From the human T2T-CHM13v2.0 reference genome, Homo sapiens: a stretch of DNA of 64,000 nt. Location of the stretch: NCBI RefSeq assembly GCF_009914755.1, contig NC_060926.1; one strand, given 5' to 3'. This document shows, one piece after another, positions 45,397 through 57,669 of the stretch (its first letter is position 1; each line of letters starts with the position of its first letter). The position numbers and the translations under genes were made by a program. The notes beneath the pieces are model-generated. The model was not told the DNA's origin. It was given only the letters and a program-made list of their open reading frames with translations, and did no database searches.

Positions 45397-46027
45397 TGAG
45401 GTAGGAGTTATTAAGATATTATTTTAGGCAGATAGAGAGGAAAAAAGGGATCCTTGGGAGACTTTTCACAGCTGTTGTCTAGCATGAAAGCCCTGGGTCT
45501 TAGCCCCGGGCAGGCAACCTTTTATATGCAAATGCAAGCCGTTAGAAACTGGGTCCATCCAACATGCACCCAACATGGTGATTTCCACCGTTGTCCTCTT
45601 GCCCTTGCCCCAACATGCGCCTGGCAGCATGGTTGCCCCTACATATCCCCACGTGTGTGGAACATCATGGCGCCCTGTATTTGCATATTAAAAGGCTAGG
45701 GTGGGAGGGCCAGTTCTTTCGAGGGCTACCGTGAATGACATGTCTGGTCAAACCAATACCCTGAGCCCTGTGCAAATCAGACACCGCCTCCTCCAGCCAT
45801 CAAATATAGCTGGCTGATATTACCTGAAAGAGTGGTTCGTCCCTCGGCTTTGGAGCCCCCCTCCCTCTGTCTTTGTACAGGGGAGCTTCATCCTTCTTTC
45901 TTCCCCCTTCTTTCTTGCCTATTAAACTCCCTGCTCCTTAAAACTATTCTAAGTGTGTCAGTGTCATTTTTTCTCATTTGACTCGAGACAAAGAACCTGG
46001 TGTCCTCTACTCATCAGAGCAGTATCA
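45397..46027 (+). mobile_element. ERV1 solo LTR (MER51-like) in Vk2 intron remnant
   Basis: TG...CA ends, TSD TTTA/TTTA; flanks rejoin to the IGKV2-40 intron sequence CACATGTTTATTCCAA. Confidence 0.8.
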
Positions 46028-46287
46028 TTTATTCCAACATGATAGAGTCACATGGTCTATGCCCAGGGAAAAGAATTCATATTTTTGTCTTATGAATAAT
46101 CAAGGTTCACCTCCAGGGAACAATGAACAGTACTCTGATTAAGATCTTGAAAAAAAAAAAGAGTTCCCTTCTGGCTGGTAAATAATGGGTTTATTTTAGA
46201 AAGTCTACTTTCATGACATGAATCAAAACTTGAAAAATGTAACTATAAATCAATATCATAAAAGAAATCATGAAAGTTGTTCATAAT

Positions 46288-46518
46288 GGAAAGCCAGCCT
46301 TTATCTCCTGCAGGTCTAGTTAGAGCCTCCTGTATAATAATGGAAACACCTATTTGTATTGGTACCTGCAGAAGCCAGGCCAGTCTCCACAGCTCCTGAT
46401 TTATGAGGTTTCCAACCAGGCCTCCGAATTCTCAGACAGGTTCAGGGGTAATGGGTCAGGTACTGAGTTTACACTGAAAGTCAGTAGGACGGAGACTAAG
46501 GATGTTGGAGTTTATTAG
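46288..46518 (+). pseudogene. IGKV2D-36: Vkappa2 pseudogene truncated at both ends, no RSS (IGKV2D-36 / IGKV2-36)
   Basis: [75 protein letters not shown]. Confidence 0.88.
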
Positions 46519-47576
46519 AAAACTTGAACTTCCATCAATGATAAATATTCCTTTTGCCTCAAGCACATATTTGAGGAATTTTCCATTGAGTAGATCTACC
46601 GATAAGGTCACATTTTTCTGTCTGTTTTAATCTGAATATGTATTTATATGATTCTCAGAAATGTTTTTTGACTATGAAATTATATTTGTGAGACCTTTTT
46701 TCAAGTTGTTGTTTACCATTTGATAATTACTGCTGAAACGTCATCTATTAAAAAAAATCGGTCATCCGTTCTCTAACTCTCATTGAAAGGAATTTGCCTT
46801 TTTAAACCCCTCAGACTCTTTTTAAGCTTTTCAATTGGCCTTATCTTTTTTTTACAGATTCAATGTATTAAGTCAATTTATTATTTATGATAAATTTATT
46901 TATTTATTTATTTTTACTATCACAAAATTTAAAAATCCTGTAAGTTGCTATGTCAAACCTGCCTCTAGATTGCAAACAAACCCCACAAAAAAGAGAGTAC
47001 CATTATCTTAGAAATACTAGAAAAGCAAGAGTGATAGTGTCCCATTGTTAACAGGGACCCCATAAGGCTAGAATAATGTCCCACATGTTACCTGGGGCAC
47101 CTGGGAGGAGCTGCCACTGTGCTGAATGGTGGGAAAAAGCCATCTGTGCTCTGAGACTGGAAGCCTGGCCCTATTCCCCTATGTGGATGTAGGAGATAAT
47201 TGGGGTTATAAAGGGGTAATTACGGTTAAATGAAGTCATAAGGGTGGGGCTCTGATCCAATAGGATTAGTGTCCTTATAAGGACAGAAACCAGAGAACTC
47301 TTCTCTTTTCCTTTATTTCTCTAACTCACTGCTTCCCTATGGAAAGGCCATGAGAAGACATGGTGAGAAGGTGACTACCTGTAAACTAGGAAGAAGGTTC
47401 TAACCAGAAAGTGAACCTTGCTGGAACTTGATCTTGGACTTTCCAGGCTTGTGAACTATGAGAATAAATTTCTCTGGTTTAATCTACCCAGCCCAGGGTA
47501 TTTTGGTGTAGCAGTGCAAGAAGGCCCATCCACTGTCCCCACCCTCTCTGAGCAGGATCAGCCTCAGGAGGCCCTC

Positions 47577-48205
47577 ATGGACATGGGTGCCCAGCTTTGC
47601 CCCTCTTCCTCCTGCTTTTCTGACTCTCTGATGAGGAAGAAGAACTCAGACTTCGGCTTCAGATAGTTTGTATTAAACATGAACATTTCCTTGATAATGA
47701 AGTTATAGTTTGTTTATCTTTCTGTCACCTGCAGGGCCAGGTGATACAATTTCAACAAAAGTATATCAATTTCTATACAATTGTACATATTATTTTAATG
47801 TGAAATGTAGAAACATAGCGTATACATCTATCTCAATATATAATTAATATTCAAAATATTATATGTATTTAATAAAGTTTACATAATATGTATGCATATA
47901 TTATTTGTTGAGCATGTGCTCTATTTCTTTGTCATCAGAACAGAATCTGGCTCAGCAAGAGCCCTGGGGACATTTGCTCACCCTCTCCCTTTGCTTCCAA
48001 GAAGGTCCTGACTGCTTATATACAATGAGAACAGAGCTGAGAGCAGCCTACTCCAGGAGCCCAGGCCCAGCTCTAAGGTCCTGGTTTCTGAGGCTTTCAC
48101 CATGGCCCCAGGCTCGGGCTTGGTGCCGCGCCCATGAGTGTGTGAGCAGCTTTCTTTCTTGAATCCTTTGCCAGGCAGCCCCATGGACAGGGCCTGTGGT
48201 TCCTC
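47577..48205 (+). pseudogene. Relic Vkappa gene, module 3 (leader 47577-47630; V remnant ~47969-48205)
   Basis: ATGGACATGGGTGCCCAGCTTTG..CTCTCTG|ATGAG (donor mutated); CCAGGCCCAGCTCTAAGGTCCTGGTTTCTGAGGCTTTCACCATGGCC resembles FR2/CDR2 (PGQAPRLLIYEAST). Confidence 0.55.
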
Positions 48206-49470
48206 CCAGGTCCTCAGCCTCATAGTTCAAGAAAGCAGCTGTTTCTTTCACAGCCCAGGGCCAGAGCCCAGCAGCTCTCGGTCAGTGCAGGCCTGACCTT
48301 AGCCCTGGTTTGAGGACTTTATTTCTAATCTCTTCTCTTTTATTCCAGTACCTGAAAGTCTGTCCTGATCTTAATTGCATAAGCCACATTTCCAAAACTG
48401 CTGAAGCTAACATTGCCATCTAGAATATTAAAAATTTGACTTCACTGTCATCCTCAGGGCCTGGCTTGTTCCAACTCCACCAGACCAAGAGGCTCTTGAG
48501 ATCTCTCCTCCCCACACAACTTAATTTAGAAGCATAGTGAGGTTTAAATGTTGCCAAGCTCTTGACACTCTCTGAGCAGCCATCCCCCTTCTCCTTTGGT
48601 GTAGAGGGCACCAGCTCCTTTCTGCCATGCCTGGTGAGGACAGTGAACCTCTCTCAATTTAGGGCTGGAGTGAGGATTAAGAGCATGTGTGGTCACCTCC
48701 ACCATGAGATGGTAGGGGAGTAGGTGGGCAGGGCTTCTGGGGAGAATTTGATTCCTCATAAATAGAAGGAAGGTGAAGAATTTTGCCCCACATTTTTTCC
48801 TGGAAGAGTTTTTAGTGGATATGACACTAATGTCCTTAGCTTAGAGCTGTTGCAGTCCTCTGGAGATCATGAGGACTTGAGTCCAAGACTGAAAATCCAA
48901 TGTGGGGAAGGTGAACCTGGTTTCCTCATGCTGCCCCCAAGCTGCTGCACCAACCCTAATACTCCAACCTTCAGACTTCTGATCTTTGCTTAAGCTTTTG
49001 CTATTGTTTCTTTCCATTGCTTCTAAAGTTACTTTCATTTATTTTATTTCATTTATGAGAAAAGGTACTCAAGGGAAGAAACAGAGCCTTAAATTTGCTC
49101 TTTAGGAGAAGACAGGCATTTTTATGTGTGTGTGTGTTCATGGGAGTCTGAGGCGTGAAGGGCAGGAATTGTAAGTGCAGTGCTCCCCTGAGATCTTGGT
49201 CATTCTATGCCCATGGCTAGAAAAACTCAAATCACTTTGAAGAACTTATAAATTCTGCTGTCTTTCCCTCTCCATTCCTCTTTTTATATCCTAAGCATGA
49301 AATAAATGCCTGTTCTTAATTCCTCCCTGCTCCAAGATCATACATATATAATTGTGGTTAAGAAACAAAAATAGTTGGAGAAGACATAGAAACAGGGGAT
49401 TTTATGCATTTCATTAACAACAAAGTGTGTTTGCAGGTTTCTCTTTCTTCTTAGCACTTTTTGCTGGGAA

Positions 49471-50362
49471 TGTTACTGGTTAAAGATATTCTAGTTGCTA
49501 GTGGCAAATCCGTATGAGTCTGCAGCAACCTCAATCCTTGGCCTGCGGCAACCTCAATTCTTGCCTCCTCAGAAGAAAGAATGCGACTGAGGGGCATAAG
49601 GGAGAAAAAGAGACCAAGGTAAATTTCAGAGCAGAAGTGAAAGTTTATTGAAAAGCTTTAGAACAGGGGAGAAAGGAAAGTACACTTGAAAGAGACCAAA
49701 GTGGGCGACTTGAAGAAGAAGTCCGGTGTTTAACCTTGATTCTAGTACTTTATAGGCAGGTCTCTTTCCCATGATTCTTCTCTTAGGGTGGGCTGCCCGC
49801 ATGCGCAGTGCCCTTCTTACCCTTGGGAGGTGAGCATGCTCAGTGTGTTCAGAAAGTTGTACACATGCCTATCTGAGGCTTCCTTCCCTTTTCTGGTGGT
49901 GTGCCCCTGGAAGGTCATACTTCACTGTTTTGTATTTATATTTATGTATAAATATAAATTTATGTATATATAAATTATATTTATACATAAATATAAATAT
50001 GAATACATACATATAAATATACAAATATATAAATATAAATATACATAAAGTATAAATGTGAATACAAAATATAAATTTATTTATAAATATAAACATTTTA
50101 TTTTTATTTTTGTATTTATATTTATTGTATTATTTATTTTAACATGCCTGGGAAGTTGCATTTCCCTGGTGCTTGCATTCAATTAACACCTTAGTGCAAA
50201 AGGTGTGGACCATCAGGAAATGGCCTCCCTCTAGTGCCAGCTGCCAACTTATCACTTTTAGAGAGGCAATGTGATCATTGCTGAACCATCACCCCACATT
50301 CCTAGTGGGTGGGGAAAGAGACCTCTCCTGCCCATCTCATGCCTGTCTAACTGCCCGTAACA
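49471..50362 (-). mobile_element. ERV1 solo LTR (MER50-like) with an internal AT-rich expansion
   Basis: TGTTA...TAACA ends, TSD GGAA/GGAA; empty site GGGAAGATGCT visible in the paralogs at ~37210 and ~60274. Confidence 0.8.
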
Positions 50363-51774
50363 GGAAGATGCTGACTGCTCCAGCCAGGTTCCTGTTAGAG
50401 GTTGCATTTGGAGGGTTTACAAAGAAAAGCTACTGGCAATTAGTGCCTGATTCCAGGGAGGGTGGCAGGACATTGGGTCTGGATTCTCAAAATGGAGGAG
50501 GCCAGAGTGAGAAAGGCTGTGGGTGTGAGAAGAAAGACCTTAGAACTCAGACCTGTGGCCACAGCCTTAGGACCCTGAGAGTGGGGACCACTTATCAAGG
50601 AACAAGGAGCAAAGAAGAAGTTGGGTAATATTTGAGGGATTATCTTGCAGGTGGAAGATAATGGAGGTTTGCATTGGGGTGAAGTGGTGGGGTAGAAGTC
50701 GGGGGAGTGGTCAGGTTTGGGACACATTTGGGGTCTATGATTATTGTCTGCACTTCGTTCATTACAAGGCACTTGGTGCAATGAGCAGTGCATGCAGCGC
50801 TTATAACTATTCTCGATTTTTTCATTATTATTTATTTATTTTTCATTATGATTTATTTTTATTGAGAATTTCTCTGATTGCTGGTGCTCAGGAAGAAGGT
50901 GTCTCCTTTCTTCTGAGGCTTTGTCTGAGTAAGCAAGATTTTTGCCTCTACTGCACGCTTTCTTTCCTGATTGTCCCTCTCTTCTGAAAGGCGATGGCCC
51001 AGGTGCTCCACTACTGAGAGTCTCAAGCTCTTACCCAAAGCCCTCAGTCTAGAGTTTTTGTTTTTTGCCGTCATGTTATCTTCTTCTTTATCAGCTTAGC
51101 AATTTAAAAAATTACTTTTTTTCTTCTGATTTGTAACTATTAAAAATTCTGTCTTAGTTAATCCTACCTATTACCTTCAGAGCAAGTAATGGACTAGCAA
51201 AATAGTATTAGGAGATCCAAATATGTGTGTTCAGGAAGAAATATGAGGAGGCAGGCTGTTCCAGAGTGCTCTGTGCAGCTGGCCCTGCAGAGTCCCTCTG
51301 TGTGGCCCTATCACTGACTGCCTTCTGTGAATCAGATATTCTGATGAAAGTCCTGGTGAATCCTGTAGCCAGGGGCCACCTACACCCTCCATGAAGACCA
51401 AATCCTATAGTCAGGGGCCACCCACACCCTCCATGAGGGCCAAAAGCCTCTGAAGACAATAAGAGGTCGAGAGAGTCATAGCTCATGACTGTCCTCTGTA
51501 GAGACAGCTTCTTCCCAGATGGCTGAGGGCTGTCTGTGGCTATGTCTTTTCTTGTACATGATAGCGGGGACTGGGCAGATCTCTATGCAAACCCGAGCAA
51601 GACCTTCCTGTGTGTTCCTCTCTGAACTCTGAACCTAGGTGGCAGTGGATACACTTAGGGAAGTGGAATGATTTGTGATCATAAGAAAGGGAGGGAAGAA
51701 GGGGGAGAGAGTGAGCGAAAGACATAGAGAGAGAATGTAACGTGTGTACAGTACCGACACTGAAACTGGGTCCT

Positions 51775-52240
51775 GTAATGGTTTAGCACTGAGTATCACC
51801 CCCACATTATCAGGTTCTTTTCCATGGAGCCAATTAATGTAACTGGTATGGGAAAAAGACCTTTGCAGGTATAAATTAAGAATCTAGAAACAGGGAGATT
51901 ATCCTGGATTGACCAAGTGGACCCTAAATGCAATCACAAGTATCCTCCTAAGAGTGAGATAGATTGAGATTTAACACAGACAGAAGAGAAGGCAATGTGG
52001 CCACAGAGACAAAGACTGGAGGGGTATGGCCACAGTCAAGGAAAGATGCAGCCATTAGGAGCTGGGGGAGGCAAGAATAGACTCCCTCCTGGAGCCTCTG
52101 AAGGAGCCTGGCCGCCAAGGCCATGATCTTGGCCCAGAGATACTGATTCTAGATTTCTGGCCTACAAAAGTATGAGAGAGTAAACTGTTTTAAGCCATCA
52201 GATTTTTGGAACTGTGTTACAGCAGCCCAAGGACACTAAT
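51775..52240 (+). mobile_element. MaLR LTR (MLT1), paralog of 17060-17582
   Basis: GGGAGATTATCCTGGATT..CCCTAAATGCAATCACAAG..TGTTTTAAGCCA..GTTACAGCAGCC. Confidence 0.7.
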
Positions 52241-52827
52241 AAGAATGAAGTGCAGGGAAAGTGCAGATGAAACGTGCTCTGGTGGTTTTCAGTCTTCTTG
52301 TTCAACTTTCTACTGCTACACATAAATAGATTGATGGGAGAGGATATGGTGGGAAAACATTTACATGAAACTTCACTGTATAGAGAGAGAGAGATCTATT
52401 AGTTAGAATAAATATTGATAATTTTTAGTTGAAAGTGACATCTGACTAGTAATATCTTACATAACGTCTTCATTCTAAGACAGTCAAGGATGCATGAAAT
52501 GGACACCGGGTACTCTCTCTCTCTCTCTTTCTCTCTTCATGGGTCATGATCTGGTGAAGCCCTCAAGACACTGCTTGATATCCACAGTACTTCATTTTAC
52601 AGGTAAGAAAACTGCCCATCAGAGTGCAGGGGTGATTTCCCAAAGTCACATGGTCAGCAGAAGTAGGGACTGAGATTGGAACCCAGGTCTGTCAGAACTT
52701 ATATATGTTCCTTCCACATGGCCACATGTATGTATACACCTCCCCTGTCCTTACCGATTGAGGGCTGTCCTAGGGGATGCTATTCCAGACACTGTGGTCT
52801 GGCATGCATGCAGGCAGAGCTGCCTTC

Positions 52828-52939
52828 CCCAGCTCAGAGAGAGCAGCAGCATGACCATGGAGTCTGCCCATCTCAGAGAGAGCAGCAGCATGACCATGGA
52901 GTCTGCCCAGCTCAGAGACAGCAGCATGACCATGGAGTC
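52828..52939. repeat. 39-bp tandem repeat x~3
   Basis: CCCAGCTCAGAGAGAGCAGCAGCATGACCATGGAGTCTG at 52828, 52867, 52906. Confidence 0.92.
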
Positions 52940-54449
52940 AGCAGAAGTACAGTGAAGGGGAAAGGCCAAGGGTAGCAAGAGAGACGGCTACATTCAGAAA
53001 AAAAAGATGTGTATTTCAATCTAGAGCCCTATGTCTTGAACCTGGATATTAGTAGGCTGTTTACTGGCCAGTTCTCTTGAAATCCAAGCCCCCGGAAAAG
53101 CAGCAGAAGGTTTGTGCACAGACTGCACCACTGTGGTGGGACCATGCGTGATCATGAATGAGTAATACTGCCTGGAGTACCCGGGCTCCAGCCCACTGAT
53201 GCTGATGTAGTTGGTTCCAATTCCCCTGCTGCTGAATCAGGTTGGGATGCCCTCAGCATAGGCAGAGGTATGAGGTACAGAGGTTCAAATTTGTTTCCAA
53301 GTTTTATCCATTTTCAGATATATCTCTGTATACATCAGCAATGACTTGGCCAGGGATGGAGACCCTGTGTCCTGGCTGTGAGACAGTGAGGCTGACATCT
53401 GGGTCAGGGTGATGTCCCCACTCACTGCAAAAGAGTAAAAGAAGCAAATGACATTGATGGTTCAAGGCAAGGGCATGTACCGAGCAGCAGCCACCCTCAC
53501 CAGAAGAGAGAGTTCACTGACTTTGTCTTTCCCCAGGTCCTCCCCTTCACCTGCCCTTCAGAAAGCCAGGCTTCGGGGGAGCTGCACCTGAGACACTAGG
53601 AACATGCTGGTAGGGAGCACAGCTTGGAGCATTACCCAGGGGATATGATCTTTGTCTTCCTACTTTGGACACATTTGATTATAAGAGTCTGGATTGATAC
53701 AGGGTTTCAAGTTTATCCTAATCAAGGCTCCTATAGTTCAATGAAGAAACAGAGAATCTTGTTGAACTAATCAGATCTGGCATCACTAGCCAGCCCTTTA
53801 TGCGATGATCTGTAAGAAATATTACACAGTGACAGAAAAGGTGGTAGAATATTCTCCCCAAGGCAAGAATAAGGTGCTATCCATTTAATCCTTGGGTATT
53901 AAAGTGACCGATAGCTCTGGAAAATGGAGGGTCTGTGCGTGGTACATGCATGAGAAATCATGGTATTATCTTTGTGAAACTGCAGTCAATTCCTTGTCCT
54001 TATACCAGTAACAACAATGGCTTAAAGTTATGACAAACTATTTTTGAATATTGTTAAAAATGCTTCTGATAAAGTCTTATTTTCATTTTAAAAAAGACAA
54101 TTCCTCACTGACAGAAATATTGTTAACACAACACAAAATATTTTTACACTCACCAAATACATTTGCCAGTAACTTGAAGACCCAAGAGCTCTACTTTCTA
54201 AGATTTTATTATGCATTCCCTGCAAACAAGGATAGTCTCCTACATACTGCCAATACAACTATAAAATGCATTACTCAATGTAGTCCTTAGGTTCGTTTAA
54301 AATTTTGGAAATTGTCCCAAAAATACGTTTTGTAATAGTATGGCCACCAAAGAGAAATGTATTATCTGCAGGTAAGTTGATGCTACCCTGCTCTGATCTG
54401 GGACCCTGGGGACACTGCCCCTGTGCTGAGTTACTGAGATGAGCCAGCC

Positions 54450-54492
54450 TTGCAGCTGTGCCCAGCCTTCCCCATCCTCTGCTGATTTGCAT
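54450..54492 (+). promoter_or_regulatory. Vkappa1 promoter: pentadecamer and octamer
   Basis: TGCAGCTGTGCCCAG; ATTTGCAT 54485-54492. Confidence 0.88.
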
Positions 54493-54577
54493 GTCCCAGA
54501 GCACAGCTCCCTTCCTGAAGACTTATTAATTGGCTGGTCACACCCCGTGCAGGAGTCAGTTTTTGTCTGGACACAGC

Positions 54578-55054
54578 ATGGACATGAAGACCCTCATTCA
54601 GCTCCCGGGACTTCTGCCATCCTGGTTTCCAGTTAAGAAAAGAAATTACTAGCCTCTTACTCAGCCAGTGTGCTAGGTACTGCCTGGCCATTCAGGGAAG
54701 TCTTCTTATAACATGATTAATTGTGTGGATATTTGTTTTTCTGTTTGCAATTTCAGGGACCAGAAGTGACATCCAGTCACCCAGTCTCCATCCACACTGT
54801 CTGCATCTGTAAGGAGACAGCGTCACCATCACTTGCCGGGCGAGTCAGAGCATTGGTAGTAATTTAGACTGGTATCAGCAGAAACCAGGGAAGGCCCCTA
54901 AGGGCCTGATCTATGCTGCATCCAGTTTGCAATCTGGGGCTCCTTCGCGGTTCGGTGGCAGTGGATCTGGGACAGATTTTACTCTCACCATCAGAATCCT
55001 GCAGCCTAAAGATGTTGCAACTTATTACTGTCAACAGTATAAAAATTACCCTAT
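54578..55054 (+). pseudogene. IGKV1D-35: Vkappa1 pseudogene (IGKV1D-35 / IGKV1-35); leader 54578-54632, V exon 54757-55054
   Basis: Leader donor GT->TT; -1 frameshift after DIQ then +1 insertion giving TAA at 54810-54812; rest [21 protein letters not shown]...[10 protein letters not shown]. Confidence 0.9.
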
Positions 55055-55082
55055 CACAGTGTTACAAACCATAACAAACCCC
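55055..55082 (+). other. 12-RSS of IGKV1(D)-35
   Basis: CACAGTG + TTACAAACCATA + ACAAACCCC. Confidence 0.9.
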
Positions 55083-57230
55083 CCCCAGGAAAGCAGACAT
55101 GTGACGCTGGGCTGCCCCACCTGCTCTTCTTTGTGCAGCCATCTGGTGACAACACTTCTCAGACTCAGCCTGAGTTTTGAGGGTTATTGGGAGATTACGG
55201 AAGAGGGGGCCATGAAGGTGTCTCTCCACCCTAAGTCTCTTTCCTCTCATGGCAATGTCTCTTCGAATTTAGTAAAGAAAGGAGATTAGTCTACCTGAGG
55301 AGTCTGTGTTATGGGGTAATTGAAATTCTTACAGTAAAATGGAAGCCACACATTCCAAGCAGGAATTGTTTTAACTGAGTGAATTAGAATCTAAACTATA
55401 GCCTTCGAAAACCTGGCATATGTTATTCATGAAGCAGATACTAGAGATGGGGTTCTCTGATGCAAAAATATAAATATTTATTGATCTGTTTTTAAAGATA
55501 CTAAGATAAAACTTAAAAATGTTGTCACTGTATCAAATATATTGCATCATATATCTATAAAAACAGTAAAATTTGTGTCATTTATGGAAAATGCACATAT
55601 TTGAGTGTATATAACATACATATTAATCCATATATATTTATTTGATAACTTGTTAGCTATAAATACTATGTACACATATTCATGTGTAGATAAGATTATT
55701 TAAATATGTTTATATATATATATATATATAAGCAACACATGCATACGTATGAAATTATTGTATAAATTAAATCTGTTAAGATAATTCCAGTTACTCCCAT
55801 GAAAAAAACTGATGTCCAGGACTATATATGTTACCTGCTCTGGCTACAGGGATTTCCTTTGTAATCTTTATTTCTAACACTCACCAAATGGGTATGTGCA
55901 CCTGAAAATATCTTTTAGTGGAGGGGTAAAGGATATGAAGAAAGGTAATTTTGCCTAATGTTAAAATTAGGCAAAATGTTAAAATTTCACAATGATGCCT
56001 GCTGGGCAGAGTTCTAAATTGGGTGCTGGACCAAAGCCACACCCCTGCCATCATCAAGGATGCCCTGGAAGACTAGAAATCACAATAGTGGGTTAACTAC
56101 AAGGGTATATCATTGGCTACTTTGCAAAGAGAGGCTGGTAATGCAATGACATTGATTATTAATTTGCACAGGTCATTAGGTCTCAGAAGAAACAAAACTT
56201 AAGGACAAAATTGGTTTAGAAGAGCTGTGACTGGATCTTTCAAAATGGGCCAAGATCAAAAATAAATGCTACCCAAGTGAATACTCATCTAAATGCCATT
56301 GCCTAGCAGGGAACTCTTAATAATTAAGGTGATCCAACACATGGACTTCAGTCAGTCACCTTTCCCAGGGAGTCTCATGAACTTAAGCCATGGAGATTTA
56401 TGCATCTGAATTTCATTTAATGAGGCTCACAAGGCTAATGGCACATCTGAGTATCTGACTTGCCAAAAACCATGACCCTTCCTGAAACCCTAACATTGTA
56501 CTACACATCTGAGATCAGACTAACAGCTGGTATCAGGTGAGTACATTGGACCTAACCCAACACATTGGGGTGGGGGTGGTTATTTTCCTATATGTACATT
56601 TGCCTTTCTTATCAGCCATGTTTCTGCTAGAATAATTACTTGAAAGTTTTTCAAGTGCTTTCAAGTCAAGAAACCCTTACATAATTTATCATTGGAAAAA
56701 GTAACTTTATTATAGCAAAAAAAAAGTAAGGCAAAGTAGGTTCATGATGCTGTCATGTGTACAGAGGCAGCTATCCCTACAGACAGGAGAAACCCCATTA
56801 CTAGGCAGGTGAAGTGAGCACACAAACCCTTGTAATGTCAAATCACTGTCTTGCCAGATGTGGCGGAGGCCCCAAAACACCAAGGTGTATGGTATTGTTA
56901 CTCCCATCAAGAGAATAGTGGTATCTGAGACATGGGGGGTGAGCCCATCACTATTTATTATGCCTACAGAGCAGATTGAAAAGTTCTCTTTCTGTTCACT
57001 CAGGTCCGGGGTTTTCTGGTTGACAGTTCTTGATCCAATGGGTTAGCATGATAAATCATTAATAAATTGGAAGAAACAATGAACATGCGGCCATTTAGTT
57101 CTCATTATGATGTAAGATAAACTGTCAATAAAGGGTCTTATGGTGTGGGCTGGAGTCATAGGTATAGGTTTCCTTCTACATATTTTAGAGAGGAAGTAGA
57201 GAATATGTGGAACCCAGAGGAACTTCAGGA

Positions 57231-57669
<439 letters not shown>

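Noticed and set aside
52676-52978. Repeat-containing ORFs / CRISPR-like appearance
   Set aside because: Head-to-tail 39-bp minisatellite without spacers; eukaryotic context, no cas genes.
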